Source: a virus
DNA length: 40,509 bases
Strand: one strand, 5' to 3'
IMG/VR virus record: IMGVR_UViG_3300010271_000004
Span: 1 to 40,509 of that record
The position numbers and the translations under genes are program-made. The first letter of the stretch is position 1; each line of letters opens with the position of its first letter. The notes beneath the pieces were generated by a model. It was not told where the DNA came from, did no database searches, and saw only the letters and a list, made by a program, of their open reading frames with translations. Positions 14,271 to 23,484 of this stretch are shown here, in pieces.

Positions 14271-16724
14271 TCATTTTTTTCTGATATATGCTCTTTGCCT
14301 ACCGTAAATCGAAAAATAATGCCTGGTTTTATCTTCATTACTCCAGCCTTCTAATCTGCTAAGTATCCCATTAATTTCCAATGATTCTGCTTTTTTCAAA
14401 TCTGCTTTATTTTTTTCAAAACATTCACACCAAATTTCTAACACACAAACTTTATCTCTTTGAATAGTTCCTTCAACGTCATCCGCTCCTTGAAGAAAAG
14501 CTCTTCTTTCATATATGTCTCTATGTTCCCAATCTTCCGGTAACAACGTATCTAAATACTTTATTATCATGCCTTCTTTTTCATTAATTTCCCTATGAGC
14601 TTCTTGTTCAACCTGGGCCAACTTCTCTTCTTCTTCTGTTAGATACAATGATTCTTTTTTATCTCTCCACAATACAACAGCTTCAGCCCATATTTGATCA
14701 AGCTCTCTCGGTAAATCCTCAAATACGTTTTTTGCCCTACCTTCTTTTTTTACTTCTACCGGCCAAAATCTCCGATTACCGGTTTCATCTTTTAAAAATT
14801 CACTCTTATTAGTAGTTCCTGCAAATACACATTGTCGTTTTAAATATGAAGTTCTACGATCATATGCAAGTCGTGTTCTGTCTTCTTGTGATGTGATAAA
14901 TCTTTTTATTGCATTGGATTCAGATCTACTAAAGGCTTGTAGCTCCCCAAATTCAATAATCCATGAGCCCATTAATTTTTCTATAGCTTGATTACCTTCT
15001 ACATCTTGGAGAGAATCAGTAAACCAGTCTTTGGCCAATATTCGAAAGAAAGTGCTCTTTTGAATACCTTGCTCACCTGTCAGAACAAGCATATAATCAA
15101 ATTTAATTCCGGGCTCAAAAATTCTTGCTACTGCCCCGCACATCCATTTCCTTGTCACCATCCTTACATATTCCGTATCTTTAGCTCCTAGATAATCAAT
15201 CAGTAAAGTTTCAATTCTTTCTTGACCGTCCCATTCCAAACTATTTAGATATTCTCTAACTGGATGGAATTTGTTTTTTTCAAAAGTAAGTTTTAAAGCG
15301 TCATCTATTTTTTTAGCGTGAGTAATTCCATATACACTTTCCATATAGTTTCGAAGTCCTGCATCATCAGCATCTGTCCAATCATCACCTACTTTACAAG
15401 GCCATGGCAATTTACCTGTTATTACCGCTCGATTAGCAAATTCATTGTAAGCAATTTTACCTTTAAGAACCGGATCATTATTTAATATGGTAAATGCATT
15501 TTCTATAGAGCTTATTACCCTGCCCTTATTGTCTAACTTCAACTTGGATACCCATTCAGTATTTATCTCCATAGATTCACTTAATTCAAAATCTTCTATG
15601 GCCTCATTAAGTCTTTCAGTACCAAGGGTAAGCTTAACAGCCTCATCATTACTGGCAAATTCACTCATGGCTATAAAGCTTGGAAGTCTGTTTGTAGGTG
15701 TATCCGGCTTTGCATCCTCATCCATAGCACCGAATTTATGAATCCGGACAAGGTCAAAAGCGTTACAAAGCATTCCCGAAACAGGATCCGTTGCATGATG
15801 TGAGTATGCAAACTTATCTTCATACGTAACCAATCCGCCTACAGTGGACCCTTCTGCATAAGTGTACCGGCCTTGTATACGAGTAGGGATATAAATATCA
15901 CTTAAGAATTTTTCAATTGCCTCCGTTATGCTGTAGGTCCTGCAGAACGCACCTATAATCCCCTTCTTTACAAGCGGGTCTTCCTGCTTTTTGATTTGTG
16001 TATTAATCTTGACTGCATGTCTTGAACTGGTCGGCCAAAAGGAAACGTCTTTCCAGTCAAGATATTTGTTGAGCACTTCATCCGGATCCAGCCAAGGCCC
16101 CTCTTGTCTCTTAAATACAAACTCGCCATCGGCTGAAGTACTGGGCCAATACATTAACCGGCTTGGTTCATAGGTGGTATCGTCAAACATATCAATGCCG
16201 ATTTCTTCAGCAATTTTGCGTCCTATGGCCTGATATTCGTCTGGAAATACCGGCCGATCCAAAGGTATGATAAGCCTAAGCCTTGGATTCTTTGGTTCAT
16301 GAGAATGGGTTGAATACATAACGATTTCAAAGTCATTCAACATGGTGATGCTATCCCATAAGTCACTTACGGACATATCTACATTATCCATGTCTAAGGT
16401 AAGAAGGGTCCTGTTTGCTATATTTTCAGCTTTTCTTCTGCCGTCTTTTAAGGTTCCGCCCACAAAACCGCCTACATCTTTTATGGCATCTCTCTGTGAC
16501 TTGGGCATATTTTTGTATTCCGCAAAGGTTTCACGGGTTCTGGTAGTAGTTTGTAGTTTTTCAAGCAATGATGCATAGGTAATCTCAACATTTTTCCAAT
16601 TTTTTTCGGTTCTGCTTCTGCCAATGGCAATACATATTTTTCGGTTTGGTTCTGTTTTTGCTTTTATCGCTTTTTCCGGTTTCAAAGCCAAATCACCACC
16701 TAATCTTTTCGATAATAACGGCAT
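14271..16724 (-). CDS. Primase/helicase, VirE (virulence-associated protein E) P-loop family with an N-terminal primase-polymerase-like region
   Basis: 817 aa with ...VLTGEQGIQKSTFFRIL... (P-loop) in a VirE-like context. The N-terminal LTLDMDNVD...STHSH region resembles AEP prim-pol motifs. Confidence 0.8.
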   Translation of the reverse strand: MPLLSKRLGGDLALKPEKAIKAKTEPNRKICIAIGRSRTEKNWKNVEITYASLLEKLQTTTRTRETFAEYKNMPKSQRDAIKDVGGFVGGTLKDGRRKAENIANRTLLTLDMDNVDMSVSDLWDSITMLNDFEIVMYSTHSHEPKNPRLRLIIPLDRPVFPDEYQAIGRKIAEEIGIDMFDDTTYEPSRLMYWPSTSADGEFVFKRQEGPWLDPDEVLNKYLDWKDVSFWPTSSRHAVKINTQIKKQEDPLVKKGIIGAFCRTYSITEAIEKFLSDIYIPTRIQGRYTYAEGSTVGGLVTYEDKFAYSHHATDPVSGMLCNAFDLVRIHKFGAMDEDAKPDTPTNRLPSFIAMSEFASNDEAVKLTLGTERLNEAIEDFELSESMEINTEWVSKLKLDNKGRVISSIENAFTILNNDPVLKGKIAYNEFANRAVITGKLPWPCKVGDDWTDADDAGLRNYMESVYGITHAKKIDDALKLTFEKNKFHPVREYLNSLEWDGQERIETLLIDYLGAKDTEYVRMVTRKWMCGAVARIFEPGIKFDYMLVLTGEQGIQKSTFFRILAKDWFTDSLQDVEGNQAIEKLMGSWIIEFGELQAFSRSESNAIKRFITSQEDRTRLAYDRRTSYLKRQCVFAGTTNKSEFLKDETGNRRFWPVEVKKEGRAKNVFEDLPRELDQIWAEAVVLWRDKKESLYLTEEEEKLAQVEQEAHREINEKEGMIIKYLDTLLPEDWEHRDIYERRAFLQGADDVEGTIQRDKVCVLEIWCECFEKNKADLKKAESLEINGILSRLEGWSNEDKTRHYFSIYGRQRAYIRKK

Positions 16725-18670
16725 TCGTAACCATCAGCCCTTAACGGCAACCCCTTTGCCCACGGAATTTCCTGTCCCATAATGCCGGTTATTATCTCAA
16801 GTTCATTCCTATCTTCTTCAATTTCAACGATAACTTCATCGTGTACATGCATGACAATTTTATATCCTGCCTTGTCAAGTTGAAGCATACTATAGGCCAA
16901 GCAATCTCTTGCCGTAGCCTGGACAATGTTCTCCACTAACTTTCCTCCGTAGGTGTCAACTTCTTCCCATTGATAAGTATTTTCATTCATCTCCTGATAC
17001 ACGATCTTTTGTTTTCCAGGAAACTTATCATGGTCCACCACCTTGGGTTTCACATAAGCCAACCTTCTACCACTTGGAAGCTCTATGAATAAAAATCCAC
17101 TTTGGTATATTGCCTTTAAATACTTGCCTATCCTTACAGTAGATTTATTTGTTATGGCTTCCATAACTGCAGCTTCGGTGTCATACCAAAACTTTACGAT
17201 TTTAGGATTTGATTTTCTCCACTGATTAACTAAATCCGGAAGTTCATCTTCGGTCAAACCCATTTTAAGAGCTCCCATTTGTATAAGAGCACCTACACTT
17301 CCCTGATAACCCAGTGCCAATTCTGCTATTTTGCCTTTTTGCCTTAGCGGATCACCTTTATGTATTGACTCAACCGGAACTTTAAACATCTGTGCAGCTG
17401 AAGCTTCGTATATTTTTCCGTGAGAATTGAATACATCCAGTCTCCATTGTTCCCCCGCAAACCAAGCTATTACACGTGCTTCTATCGCTGAAAAGTCTGC
17501 TACCACAAACTTGTATCCAGGACTGGGAATAATGGCAGGCCGTATGCATTGACTAAGTACATCAGAAGGGTTATCATACATCATTTCTAATGTTTCAAGG
17601 TCATAGTTCTTAACAATATTTCTTGCAGTATCTAAGTCCGTAATATGATTTTGCGGTAAGTTTTGAACTTGAATTAATCTTCCGGCCCATCTGCCGGTAC
17701 CGGCACCATAAAACTGTAACAAACCTCTGGCTCTTCCATCGCTGCAAGCAACATCAATCATCTTTTTATATTTAGCAATGGAAGATTTAGAAAGCCTCTC
17801 TCTTATTTCCAAAGCAGCAACTACATCCTCATATTCTTTTAATTTTTCTTTTAAATCTTTTAAATTGTGCTTCGTAATACTTTTAACTACTTTACCGGTT
17901 TTGTTTTTAATAAACTTCTTTAAATCCGTAAGGCTATTAGGATTTTCTAAGCCGGTAATTTCTTGATACTTTTTAGTAAGCCTTTCGGTTTGTTCCGTAT
18001 CAATAGCAATGGCATTCTTGGCCATGTCTAAATCAATTAAAACGCCTCTGTCGTTAATCTTTTGGTCCAATTGATACAACAATTTTTCTTCCGGAATAGT
18101 TTTAAATCGGCTTAACTTATTCCTAATTGCCCTTTCCGTTTCAACGTCTCTCATGCAGTATTCTTTAAATAATCGCCATTCTTCCGGCCGATCTTCCGGC
18201 AATATTCTTATTTTATCCTCTAACAAGCTTATTTGATTATCCTTTTTAACTTTTCTGGGAATAGAAAATATCCTGATAAGGTTCTTTCCGGTCATAAGTT
18301 TTTGTTTGTCCGGTTCAATTCCTATTGCCTTGCCTACGCTATCCAAACTTCCCGGCAATCCTAAAGACAAAGTCTTAACCATTGTGCATTCCCAATTTTC
18401 CGTTTGAATGTTAAAATATTTATTGATACAAACTCTTTCAAATTGGGCATTGAATGCGGTCTTGACTACATCTTTGTTCAGTAAAGCATTCATTACTCTG
18501 TTAGGCAATGTTTCGCCACACGCCAGGTCAACGATGTCTACATCCTCATCATCAAAAGCGTAGGCAAATAATAGGATTCTGAAATTTTCGGAGTCTACGT
18601 ATTTGTAGACTCCGCATTCAGTTAACGATACATCACTATAGGTTTCAATATCAATTGCCAAGGTAGTCAA
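16700..18670 (-). CDS. Family A DNA polymerase with an N-terminal 3'-5' exonuclease
   Basis: IDIETYS (Exo I), ...RQKGKIAELALGYQG... (motif B-like) and VMHVHDEVIVE (motif C) are PolA-type motifs. Confidence 0.85.
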   Translation of the reverse strand: MTTLAIDIETYSDVSLTECGVYKYVDSENFRILLFAYAFDDEDVDIVDLACGETLPNRVMNALLNKDVVKTAFNAQFERVCINKYFNIQTENWECTMVKTLSLGLPGSLDSVGKAIGIEPDKQKLMTGKNLIRIFSIPRKVKKDNQISLLEDKIRILPEDRPEEWRLFKEYCMRDVETERAIRNKLSRFKTIPEEKLLYQLDQKINDRGVLIDLDMAKNAIAIDTEQTERLTKKYQEITGLENPNSLTDLKKFIKNKTGKVVKSITKHNLKDLKEKLKEYEDVVAALEIRERLSKSSIAKYKKMIDVACSDGRARGLLQFYGAGTGRWAGRLIQVQNLPQNHITDLDTARNIVKNYDLETLEMMYDNPSDVLSQCIRPAIIPSPGYKFVVADFSAIEARVIAWFAGEQWRLDVFNSHGKIYEASAAQMFKVPVESIHKGDPLRQKGKIAELALGYQGSVGALIQMGALKMGLTEDELPDLVNQWRKSNPKIVKFWYDTEAAVMEAITNKSTVRIGKYLKAIYQSGFLFIELPSGRRLAYVKPKVVDHDKFPGKQKIVYQEMNENTYQWEEVDTYGGKLVENIVQATARDCLAYSMLQLDKAGYKIVMHVHDEVIVEIEEDRNELEIITGIMGQEIPWAKGLPLRADGYECRYYRKD

Positions 18671-18685
18671 TATAATCAGCTCCTA

Positions 18686-19261
18686 TTAGCTTAAAAAATC
18701 ATCATCAACGTCAACTTCTTCAAACTCAAAATCTTCCTCTGCACTGGATCCGCCGCCAAGTCGTTCTCCGTCCTCTATCTTTTGAACATTACCAAGGCCA
18801 CACGCTATTCCTTTATTGCCTGCTGCATTAAAACCGTAAAAGTTAATGCTTACTCTTGCATAACATCCGGAATAAACTTCATCTTCACCTAATCGAATGG
18901 CCTTACCGGTTGCTTTATCGATTTCAGTGCCTACTACGGCAGGTGGTCTAAAAGAATTAGCATTGATAAAATAACTATTCGCATAAGCTTCATCTTCGGG
19001 CCTCTCTTCGTCTCCGTCTCTTAACGGAAGTTTAAGATTAGCCGGTATCTTGCCGCCCCATTTTCCTTTATCTCTTTCCTTAGCATTTTCAATCGCCTGT
19101 TTAATCACTTCTATTTGTTGTTTATCCGATTTGGGAATAATAATGGATACGGAATATTTTGGCTCACTACCATTGATTGACTTGGGTTCAAATAAATTCG
19201 CATAACTTAATCTCACCTTACCGGTTATCACTTTGGTATCATTCTTTAAGATAGCTTTCAT
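18686..19261 (-). CDS. DUF2815-family protein (phage ssDNA-binding-like)
   Basis: VITGKVRLSYANLFEPKS... with an acidic C-terminal tail (EEDFEFEEVDVDDDF). It is syntenic with DUF2800 and PolA. Confidence 0.7.
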   Translation of the reverse strand: MKAILKNDTKVITGKVRLSYANLFEPKSINGSEPKYSVSIIIPKSDKQQIEVIKQAIENAKERDKGKWGGKIPANLKLPLRDGDEERPEDEAYANSYFINANSFRPPAVVGTEIDKATGKAIRLGEDEVYSGCYARVSINFYGFNAAGNKGIACGLGNVQKIEDGERLGGGSSAEEDFEFEEVDVDDDFLS

Positions 19262-19286
19262 TATTCAACACTCTCCTTCTCTTTTA

Positions 19287-20441
19287 TTATTTAAAATCAA
19301 ATTCACTTTCTGCAGAATCAAGTTCAGGTCTTTTATCATCCTCTGTAACTAAAGTCGGTTTCCCTGGTGGTTTCTCTATCAAGTTACCTGCAAGTTCTGC
19401 AAATTTTTTCTTACCTACGAGCTTTTCAAGAGTCGTTATATTTTCAAGCATTTTCGGTTTATATATCTGCTCTTCCTGATATCCTTCTTTTATCAGGATG
19501 GCTGCAAGAGCTGCTTCATCCGTAATCTTTCTATTACTTCTGCCTTCTACAAGTTTCCATCCCGGGAACTTAACCCCTTTAAGAGCTTCTTCTAATGCGT
19601 ATTCTTTTATGTCATTGGCCCATTTTATGACATCATCAACTTGGCCCAAAATTCCAGCAATCTCTTCTATGCTTAAAAGATTTGGATCTTGGTTGTAAGA
19701 CTGATATAAGCCAAGGTTCATATCCGCTCTTGCTTTACAGGTAGTTTTCGCTTTACAGAAACCACACCAGGGACCGGGTACAAATTCTCCTTTCCCTTCA
19801 AAAGCTAATTTCGCTTTTGGCTTTAACTCATTTTCCGCCCATTCTTCCAGCATCTTCACATTGATATCCCATGAAGATATGTTATTAAGCCTTACTTGGG
19901 CGATTGTCATTTTAATTTTATCAATGCCATAAATAAATCCATACTTCTCATAAGCGCCTAATGCATAAAGCTTAAGCTGTGGATTATCTATAGGACTTAC
20001 TTCAACCCCTTTGCCAAACTTTAGGTCTATAATCTCCATTTCACTATCTGCAATGATTATGCAGTCACCGGTACCAAATCCGTCAGGAACATAACTGCTA
20101 TAATCCAATTGTTCTTCCAAAAATATTAAGGCGTCCTTTGTCTTAGCAAGTGCGGCATTATATGCTTCCATCACATAATTCGCATACTCTTCAACTTCCT
20201 CTTCCATATCAGGGAAAAACATAGGATTTTCTCTGATAGCTTTAAGTTCCTGATTAAATTGTTTAGGTTTGATAAGCTTTAATTCTTTTTTGAGTAGCAG
20301 CTCGCCTAAAGCATGTGCCAATGTACCTTCTTCTGCATAAGGACTTTTAGTATCTTCCATCTTTTCTGTAAGCCTTGCACTAGGTGTACAGTTAAGCCAT
20401 CGATAAGCACCGGAGGCGCTTAACAGCGCGTGAGCTGCCAT
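19287..20441 (-). CDS. DUF2800-family PD-(D/E)xK (Cas4-like) nuclease
   Basis: The N-terminus is HALLSASGAYRWLNCTPS. It also has GDCIIIAD...IDLKFGKG and a CGFCKAKTTC cysteine cluster. Confidence 0.7.
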   Translation of the reverse strand: MAAHALLSASGAYRWLNCTPSARLTEKMEDTKSPYAEEGTLAHALGELLLKKELKLIKPKQFNQELKAIRENPMFFPDMEEEVEEYANYVMEAYNAALAKTKDALIFLEEQLDYSSYVPDGFGTGDCIIIADSEMEIIDLKFGKGVEVSPIDNPQLKLYALGAYEKYGFIYGIDKIKMTIAQVRLNNISSWDINVKMLEEWAENELKPKAKLAFEGKGEFVPGPWCGFCKAKTTCKARADMNLGLYQSYNQDPNLLSIEEIAGILGQVDDVIKWANDIKEYALEEALKGVKFPGWKLVEGRSNRKITDEAALAAILIKEGYQEEQIYKPKMLENITTLEKLVGKKKFAELAGNLIEKPPGKPTLVTEDDKRPELDSAESEFDFK

Positions 20442-20860
20442 TATTCAATCGCCTCCAATTCTTTAAGAACATCAGCAAAACTTTCTTTTGGTAAATCTGT
20501 CACTTTAGCAACGTTATATTTCTTTAATATAGCTTTTAACTTGGCCGTATTTCCTTTTGAATTTTTACTCATAAAAGCTGCCCTTACCTGTTCAATGGTT
20601 ATCGGTTCCTCTTTCTCTTCTGTTTCCTCGTTTGGTTCTGGCTCCATAGGCTGCTGTGCGGTTTCTTTTGTCTCAACCTCTTTATCCACTGCCTCTTTAT
20701 CCTCTGCCTGTTCTGCTGCTTTCTTCTTTGAGGCCATATCGATAACAATTTTGTCCGTTGATATAATATTCCTATCGGTAAAAGCTGCAGCAAGTTGTGA
20801 AATTGCATTTGCAAGCTCTACAGCCTTTATCTCAATCGTGATATTAAGCCCGTTATTCAT
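20441..20860 (-). CDS. Hypothetical acidic protein (first gene of the replication module)
   Basis: 139-aa ORF with RBS AGGAGG. It has a central E/K-rich linker. Confidence 0.55.
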   Translation of the reverse strand: MNNGLNITIEIKAVELANAISQLAAAFTDRNIISTDKIVIDMASKKKAAEQAEDKEAVDKEVETKETAQQPMEPEPNEETEEKEEPITIEQVRAAFMSKNSKGNTAKLKAILKKYNVAKVTDLPKESFADVLKELEAIE

Positions 20861-20960
20861 GTTACACTAACCTCCTAATTTTGAATTGATTTTACTTATC
20901 TTTCATGATAAAATTAATAATGAAGTGATTTTTATTTTTGCGCTTTTGTAAGCGCTTTTT

Positions 20961-21104
20961 TTATGTCCTAAAATCAATATGTTCCGGTTTTTTCTTTTTG
21001 AAGAGTCTGTACTCTGTAATTTCTGCTCCCCACATCCATCCGGCAGCGAAACATACTCCGCATAATCCAAGAAGCAGTAACAAAATTTGTGTATTACTTG
21101 GCAT
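20961..21104 (-). CDS. Small single-pass membrane protein (47 aa)
   Basis: The start is refined to ATG 21104 after AGAGGTGAG. The product begins MPSNTQILLLLLGLCGVCFAAGWMWG... Confidence 0.5.
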   Translation of the reverse strand: MPSNTQILLLLLGLCGVCFAAGWMWGAEITEYRLFKKKKPEHIDFRT

Positions 21105-21108
21105 GTTC

Positions 21109-21255
21109 TCACCTCTTTTCTTTTTCAAATTGAATATACTTTCCATCTGTAACTACAATCCCCATCCCGTATTTTTCGTAATATTCTATAGCATCTTCTA
21201 CTGTGGTATTTTCAAGTGTTTGGTCTCCAATTATCAAAATTTTTTCAGTCAGCAT
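21109..21255 (-). CDS. Small hypothetical protein (48 aa), absent from the ORF track
   Basis: ATG 21255. The product is MLTEKILIIGDQTLENTTVEDAIEYYEKYGMGIVVTDGKYIQFEKEKR. It fills the gap between neighbouring ORFs, but the RBS is weak. Confidence 0.4.
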   Translation of the reverse strand: MLTEKILIIGDQTLENTTVEDAIEYYEKYGMGIVVTDGKYIQFEKEKR

Positions 21256-21260
21256 TTTTC

Positions 21261-21422
21261 TCACTCTTCAGCAATGTAAGTAAACAAAGCCTTAATCGTA
21301 CTAATTAGCGTCGCTAATTTCGGTTTCTCTTTTTTAAACCTGTCTTCCAGTGCATCCAAATCACCTAATATTCGGAATAATCGTTCGTTTCGCTCTTCCA
21401 ATTCCTTTAATCTGTCATTCAA
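21261..21422 (-). CDS. Small coiled-coil protein (53 aa, TTG start), absent from the ORF track
   Basis: TTG 21422 lies 6 nt after AAAGGGGGTGA. The product is (M)NDRLKELEERNERLFRILGDLDALEDRF... Its start overlaps the stop of the upstream small ORF. Confidence 0.45.
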   Translation of the reverse strand: MNDRLKELEERNERLFRILGDLDALEDRFKKEKPKLATLISTIKALFTYIAEE

Positions 21423-21573
21423 TTTTGTTCACCCCCTTTAACTTAGGACATAATCCTAATGCTCCCGGTACTGTTGTTGGGTGTCTTTGATACTTGTCTT
21501 TGTACGGGCAGGTAGTTTGTTTTTCACATTTCCAGCATTCACATTTCCCGTCTTCATTTTTGTAAATCTCCAT
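21415..21573 (-). CDS. Small Cys-rich protein (52 aa), absent from the ORF track
   Basis: ATG 21573 follows GAGGTGAG. The product is MEIYKNEDGKCECWKCEKQTTCPYKDKYQRHP...LCPK. Confidence 0.5.
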   Translation of the reverse strand: MEIYKNEDGKCECWKCEKQTTCPYKDKYQRHPTTVPGALGLCPKLKGVNKIE

Positions 21574-21593
21574 ATTTGTTGCTCACCTCTTCC

Positions 21594-21875
21594 TTATACA
21601 ATTTTTCTATGTTTGCCCTTTGGCAACTGCACCTGCACTATATCTTCAGGTTCGTTTACATTGTCAAGATAATCTGCAATAGCTTTTGTGGTTAGCACCC
21701 ATTTACGACCAGCCTTGGGTGCTTTAATTTCTCCGCGTAAACACATTTCACGCACAGTTTGCCAGTGTAATCTTAATATTTCCGCTGCCTGTTGAAATGT
21801 CAGCGTTGGGCCGTATTTGTTTAATAAATATTCATGCGTTGTCACCGGAACATCCCTCCTTTTAACTTTTTTCAA
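21594..21875 (-). CDS. Excisionase/MerR-type helix-turn-helix DNA-binding protein
   Basis: ...LTFQQAAEILRLHWQTVREMCLRGEIKAPKAGRKWVL... fits the HTH_17/excisionase pattern. An alternative GTG start at 21845 lies 8 nt after AGGAGGG and is more likely. Confidence 0.6.
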   Translation of the reverse strand: MKKVKRRDVPVTTHEYLLNKYGPTLTFQQAAEILRLHWQTVREMCLRGEIKAPKAGRKWVLTTKAIADYLDNVNEPEDIVQVQLPKGKHRKIV

Positions 21876-22053
21876 CTATTTCAATTCGTTCTAAAGCAAA
21901 ATCTAATACCATAGAAATTATCTTGTGTGGAGGTAAACCCGTCTGCTCTTTTAAGTCCATTATTTTTTCATAACTTTCGATAGAAATCGTTATAGGTTTC
22001 CACCCTCTCGGTTTATCCTCTTTCTGTACATGAATGACTAATTTATCTTGCAT
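21862..22053 (-). CDS. Hypothetical small protein (possible ribbon-helix-helix)
   Basis: 63-aa ORF in the early operon. The RHH assignment is only an impression from the segment PITISIESYEKIMDLKEQTG. Confidence 0.4.
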   Translation of the reverse strand: MQDKLVIHVQKEDKPRGWKPITISIESYEKIMDLKEQTGLPPHKIISMVLDFALERIEIVEKS

Positions 22054-22132
22054 TATTAAATCCCCCTTATTCTTTATTAATTAAATCTCTCCCTCAGTGC
22101 TGGTTTTGTCTAACCCATCCTATCACACCTCC

Positions 22133-22375
22133 TTATGCTGTTTCCTTATTATCCATATCATTACATGACATTTTGTCGGGTGCATAATCAAAAAAAATTT
22201 CATCAACTGTAGTACCATACATATCCGCAATTTTTTTTGCTAAATTAAAACCAGGTGTTCTTACTCCTCTCTCAAGCATAGATAGATAATCAACTGAAAT
22301 ATCTAAAATATCTGCTACTTCTTTTTGAGTTAACCCCTCTTTTTTTCTAAATGCTTTCAGGTTATTTTTCTTCAT
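22133..22375 (-). CDS. cro: Cro-like XRE-family HTH regulator
   Basis: LTQKEVADILDISVDYLSMLERGVRTP is an XRE HTH. The gene is divergent from the CI-like gene, with RBS GGAGGTG. Confidence 0.8.
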   Translation of the reverse strand: MKKNNLKAFRKKEGLTQKEVADILDISVDYLSMLERGVRTPGFNLAKKIADMYGTTVDEIFFDYAPDKMSCNDMDNKETA

Positions 22376-22392
22376 TAGATCACCTCCAAGCA

Positions 22393-22506
22393 GTACAATT
22401 TGTCATGTCACATTTTTATATTATCGTACATTTTGTCGTTTGTCAATATATTTTTTAAATTTTTATGACGTTTTGTACGATATATTTATTATACGTACAA
22501 ATTGTT
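22393..22506. promoter_or_regulatory. Genetic switch: four 12-bp operator-like sites and divergent promoters
   Basis: The sites are GTACAATTTGTC (22393), GTACATTTTGTC (22426), GACGTTTTGTAC (22467, inverted) and GTACAAATTGTT (22495). The minus-strand promoter has TTGACA (22446..22441), a 17-nt spacer and TAATAT (22423..22418). A plus-strand TATAAT lies at 22508..22513. Confidence 0.7.
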
Positions 22507-22532
22507 ATATAATTAGAAAGGAGGGAAACAAA

Positions 22533-22901
22533 ATGTCATATTCTATTGGAAAACGTTTAAAACAATTAAGAGAAGAATCTGGATTGCAACAAAAAGATAT
22601 TGCAAAAGTGTTAGGGGTTACTGAAAGTGCCATTGGACATTATGAACGTGGGGCTAGAAATTTAGACCCTGAATCGATTAAAAAACTTGCCGATTTCTTT
22701 GGGGTATCAAGTGATTATTTGCTTGGCCGTACAAACATACGAGAACCCATAACTCCTACATCAGATGATGAAGTAAATGAAATATTGGAAAGTTTACACA
22801 AACGGCCTGAAATGAAAGTGTTATTCAGTATATCTAAAAAGGCTTCCAAAGAAGATATTGAAATAGCCGTTAAAATTATTGAGGCGCTTAAGGGGGATTA
22901 A
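22533..22901 (+). CDS. CI-like XRE-family repressor
   Basis: The start is refined to ATG 22533 after AAAGGAGGG. LQQKDIAKVLGVTESAIGHYERGARNL is an XRE HTH, and a C-terminal domain is present. Confidence 0.8.
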   Translation: MSYSIGKRLKQLREESGLQQKDIAKVLGVTESAIGHYERGARNLDPESIKKLADFFGVSSDYLLGRTNIREPITPTSDDEVNEILESLHKRPEMKVLFSISKKASKEDIEIAVKIIEALKGD

Positions 22902-22907
22902 GACACC

Positions 22908-23141
22908 ATGGATAAGATTGTAAGACTCATTAAACTACCATCAACAGTCAGAGGCATGACTGTTATGGATAGTGATGGGAATTACAATATTTACATCAAT
23001 AAAAACTTAAGTTATGAAATGCAAAGAGAAGCGTATCAACACGAAATGGCTCATATTGAAGAAGACGACTTTAGCAGTAATTCGTCTGTTGCAGTATTAG
23101 AAAACAGAATAAAATATAAAATAAAACGAAAGGATGATTGA
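22908..23141 (+). CDS. ImmA/IrrE-like zinc metallopeptidase (short form)
   Basis: It has an HEMAH (HExxH) motif and lies immediately downstream of the XRE repressor, as in ImmR/ImmA pairs. Confidence 0.65.
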   Translation: MDKIVRLIKLPSTVRGMTVMDSDGNYNIYINKNLSYEMQREAYQHEMAHIEEDDFSSNSSVAVLENRIKYKIKRKDD

Positions 23142-23427
23142 AATGGAAAACATTTTAAAGGAAATTTTAACCGAAGTTAAAGGAATCAAAAGTGAATTGA
23201 AAGAGGTTAAAGAAAAAGTTACAAATTTAGAAAAAGGACAAAATGAATTAAAAGTTGCTATAAACAACATTAATGACCGTCTTGATGATATGGACGGAAG
23301 AAATGCTAATAATCATCTTGAAATTAGAACAAAACTTGAAGAAATGAGCAACATAAACAACTCTTTAGCTGAGATGTATGGACAACATGAAGTAGAGATT
23401 CGTTCATTAAAACGCAGACCGGTATAA
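23134..23427 (+). CDS. Hypothetical coiled-coil protein
   Basis: 97-aa heptad-rich ORF. An alternative ATG lies at 23143. Confidence 0.5.
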   Translation: MIEMENILKEILTEVKGIKSELKEVKEKVTNLEKGQNELKVAINNINDRLDDMDGRNANNHLEIRTKLEEMSNINNSLAEMYGQHEVEIRSLKRRPV

Positions 23428-23439
23428 TAATATATCCTT

Positions 23440-23461
23440 TATATCATTTAAACATGATATA
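23440..23461. promoter_or_regulatory. Perfect palindrome TATATCAT-N6-ATGATATA upstream of the accessory operon
   Basis: Seen directly in the sequence, 24 nt upstream of ATG 23485. Confidence 0.5.
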
Positions 23462-23484
23462 CAAGTTGCAAGGAGAGTGTATAA

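Noticed and set aside
20430-20870. 146-aa plus-strand ORF, and a 71-aa alternative minus frame (20599..20814), over the 139-aa gene
   Set aside because: They fully overlap ORF 20441..20860, which has a strong RBS and a start coupled to the module. Their translations are low-complexity.
20940-20962. Hairpin GCGCTT-ttgt-AAGCGC as the terminator of the minus-strand small-ORF cluster
   Set aside because: The T-tract (20956..20962) lies 3' of the hairpin only on the plus strand. On the minus strand the stem is followed by A-rich sequence. It may block antisense transcription, but it is not a convincing terminator for the annotated genes.
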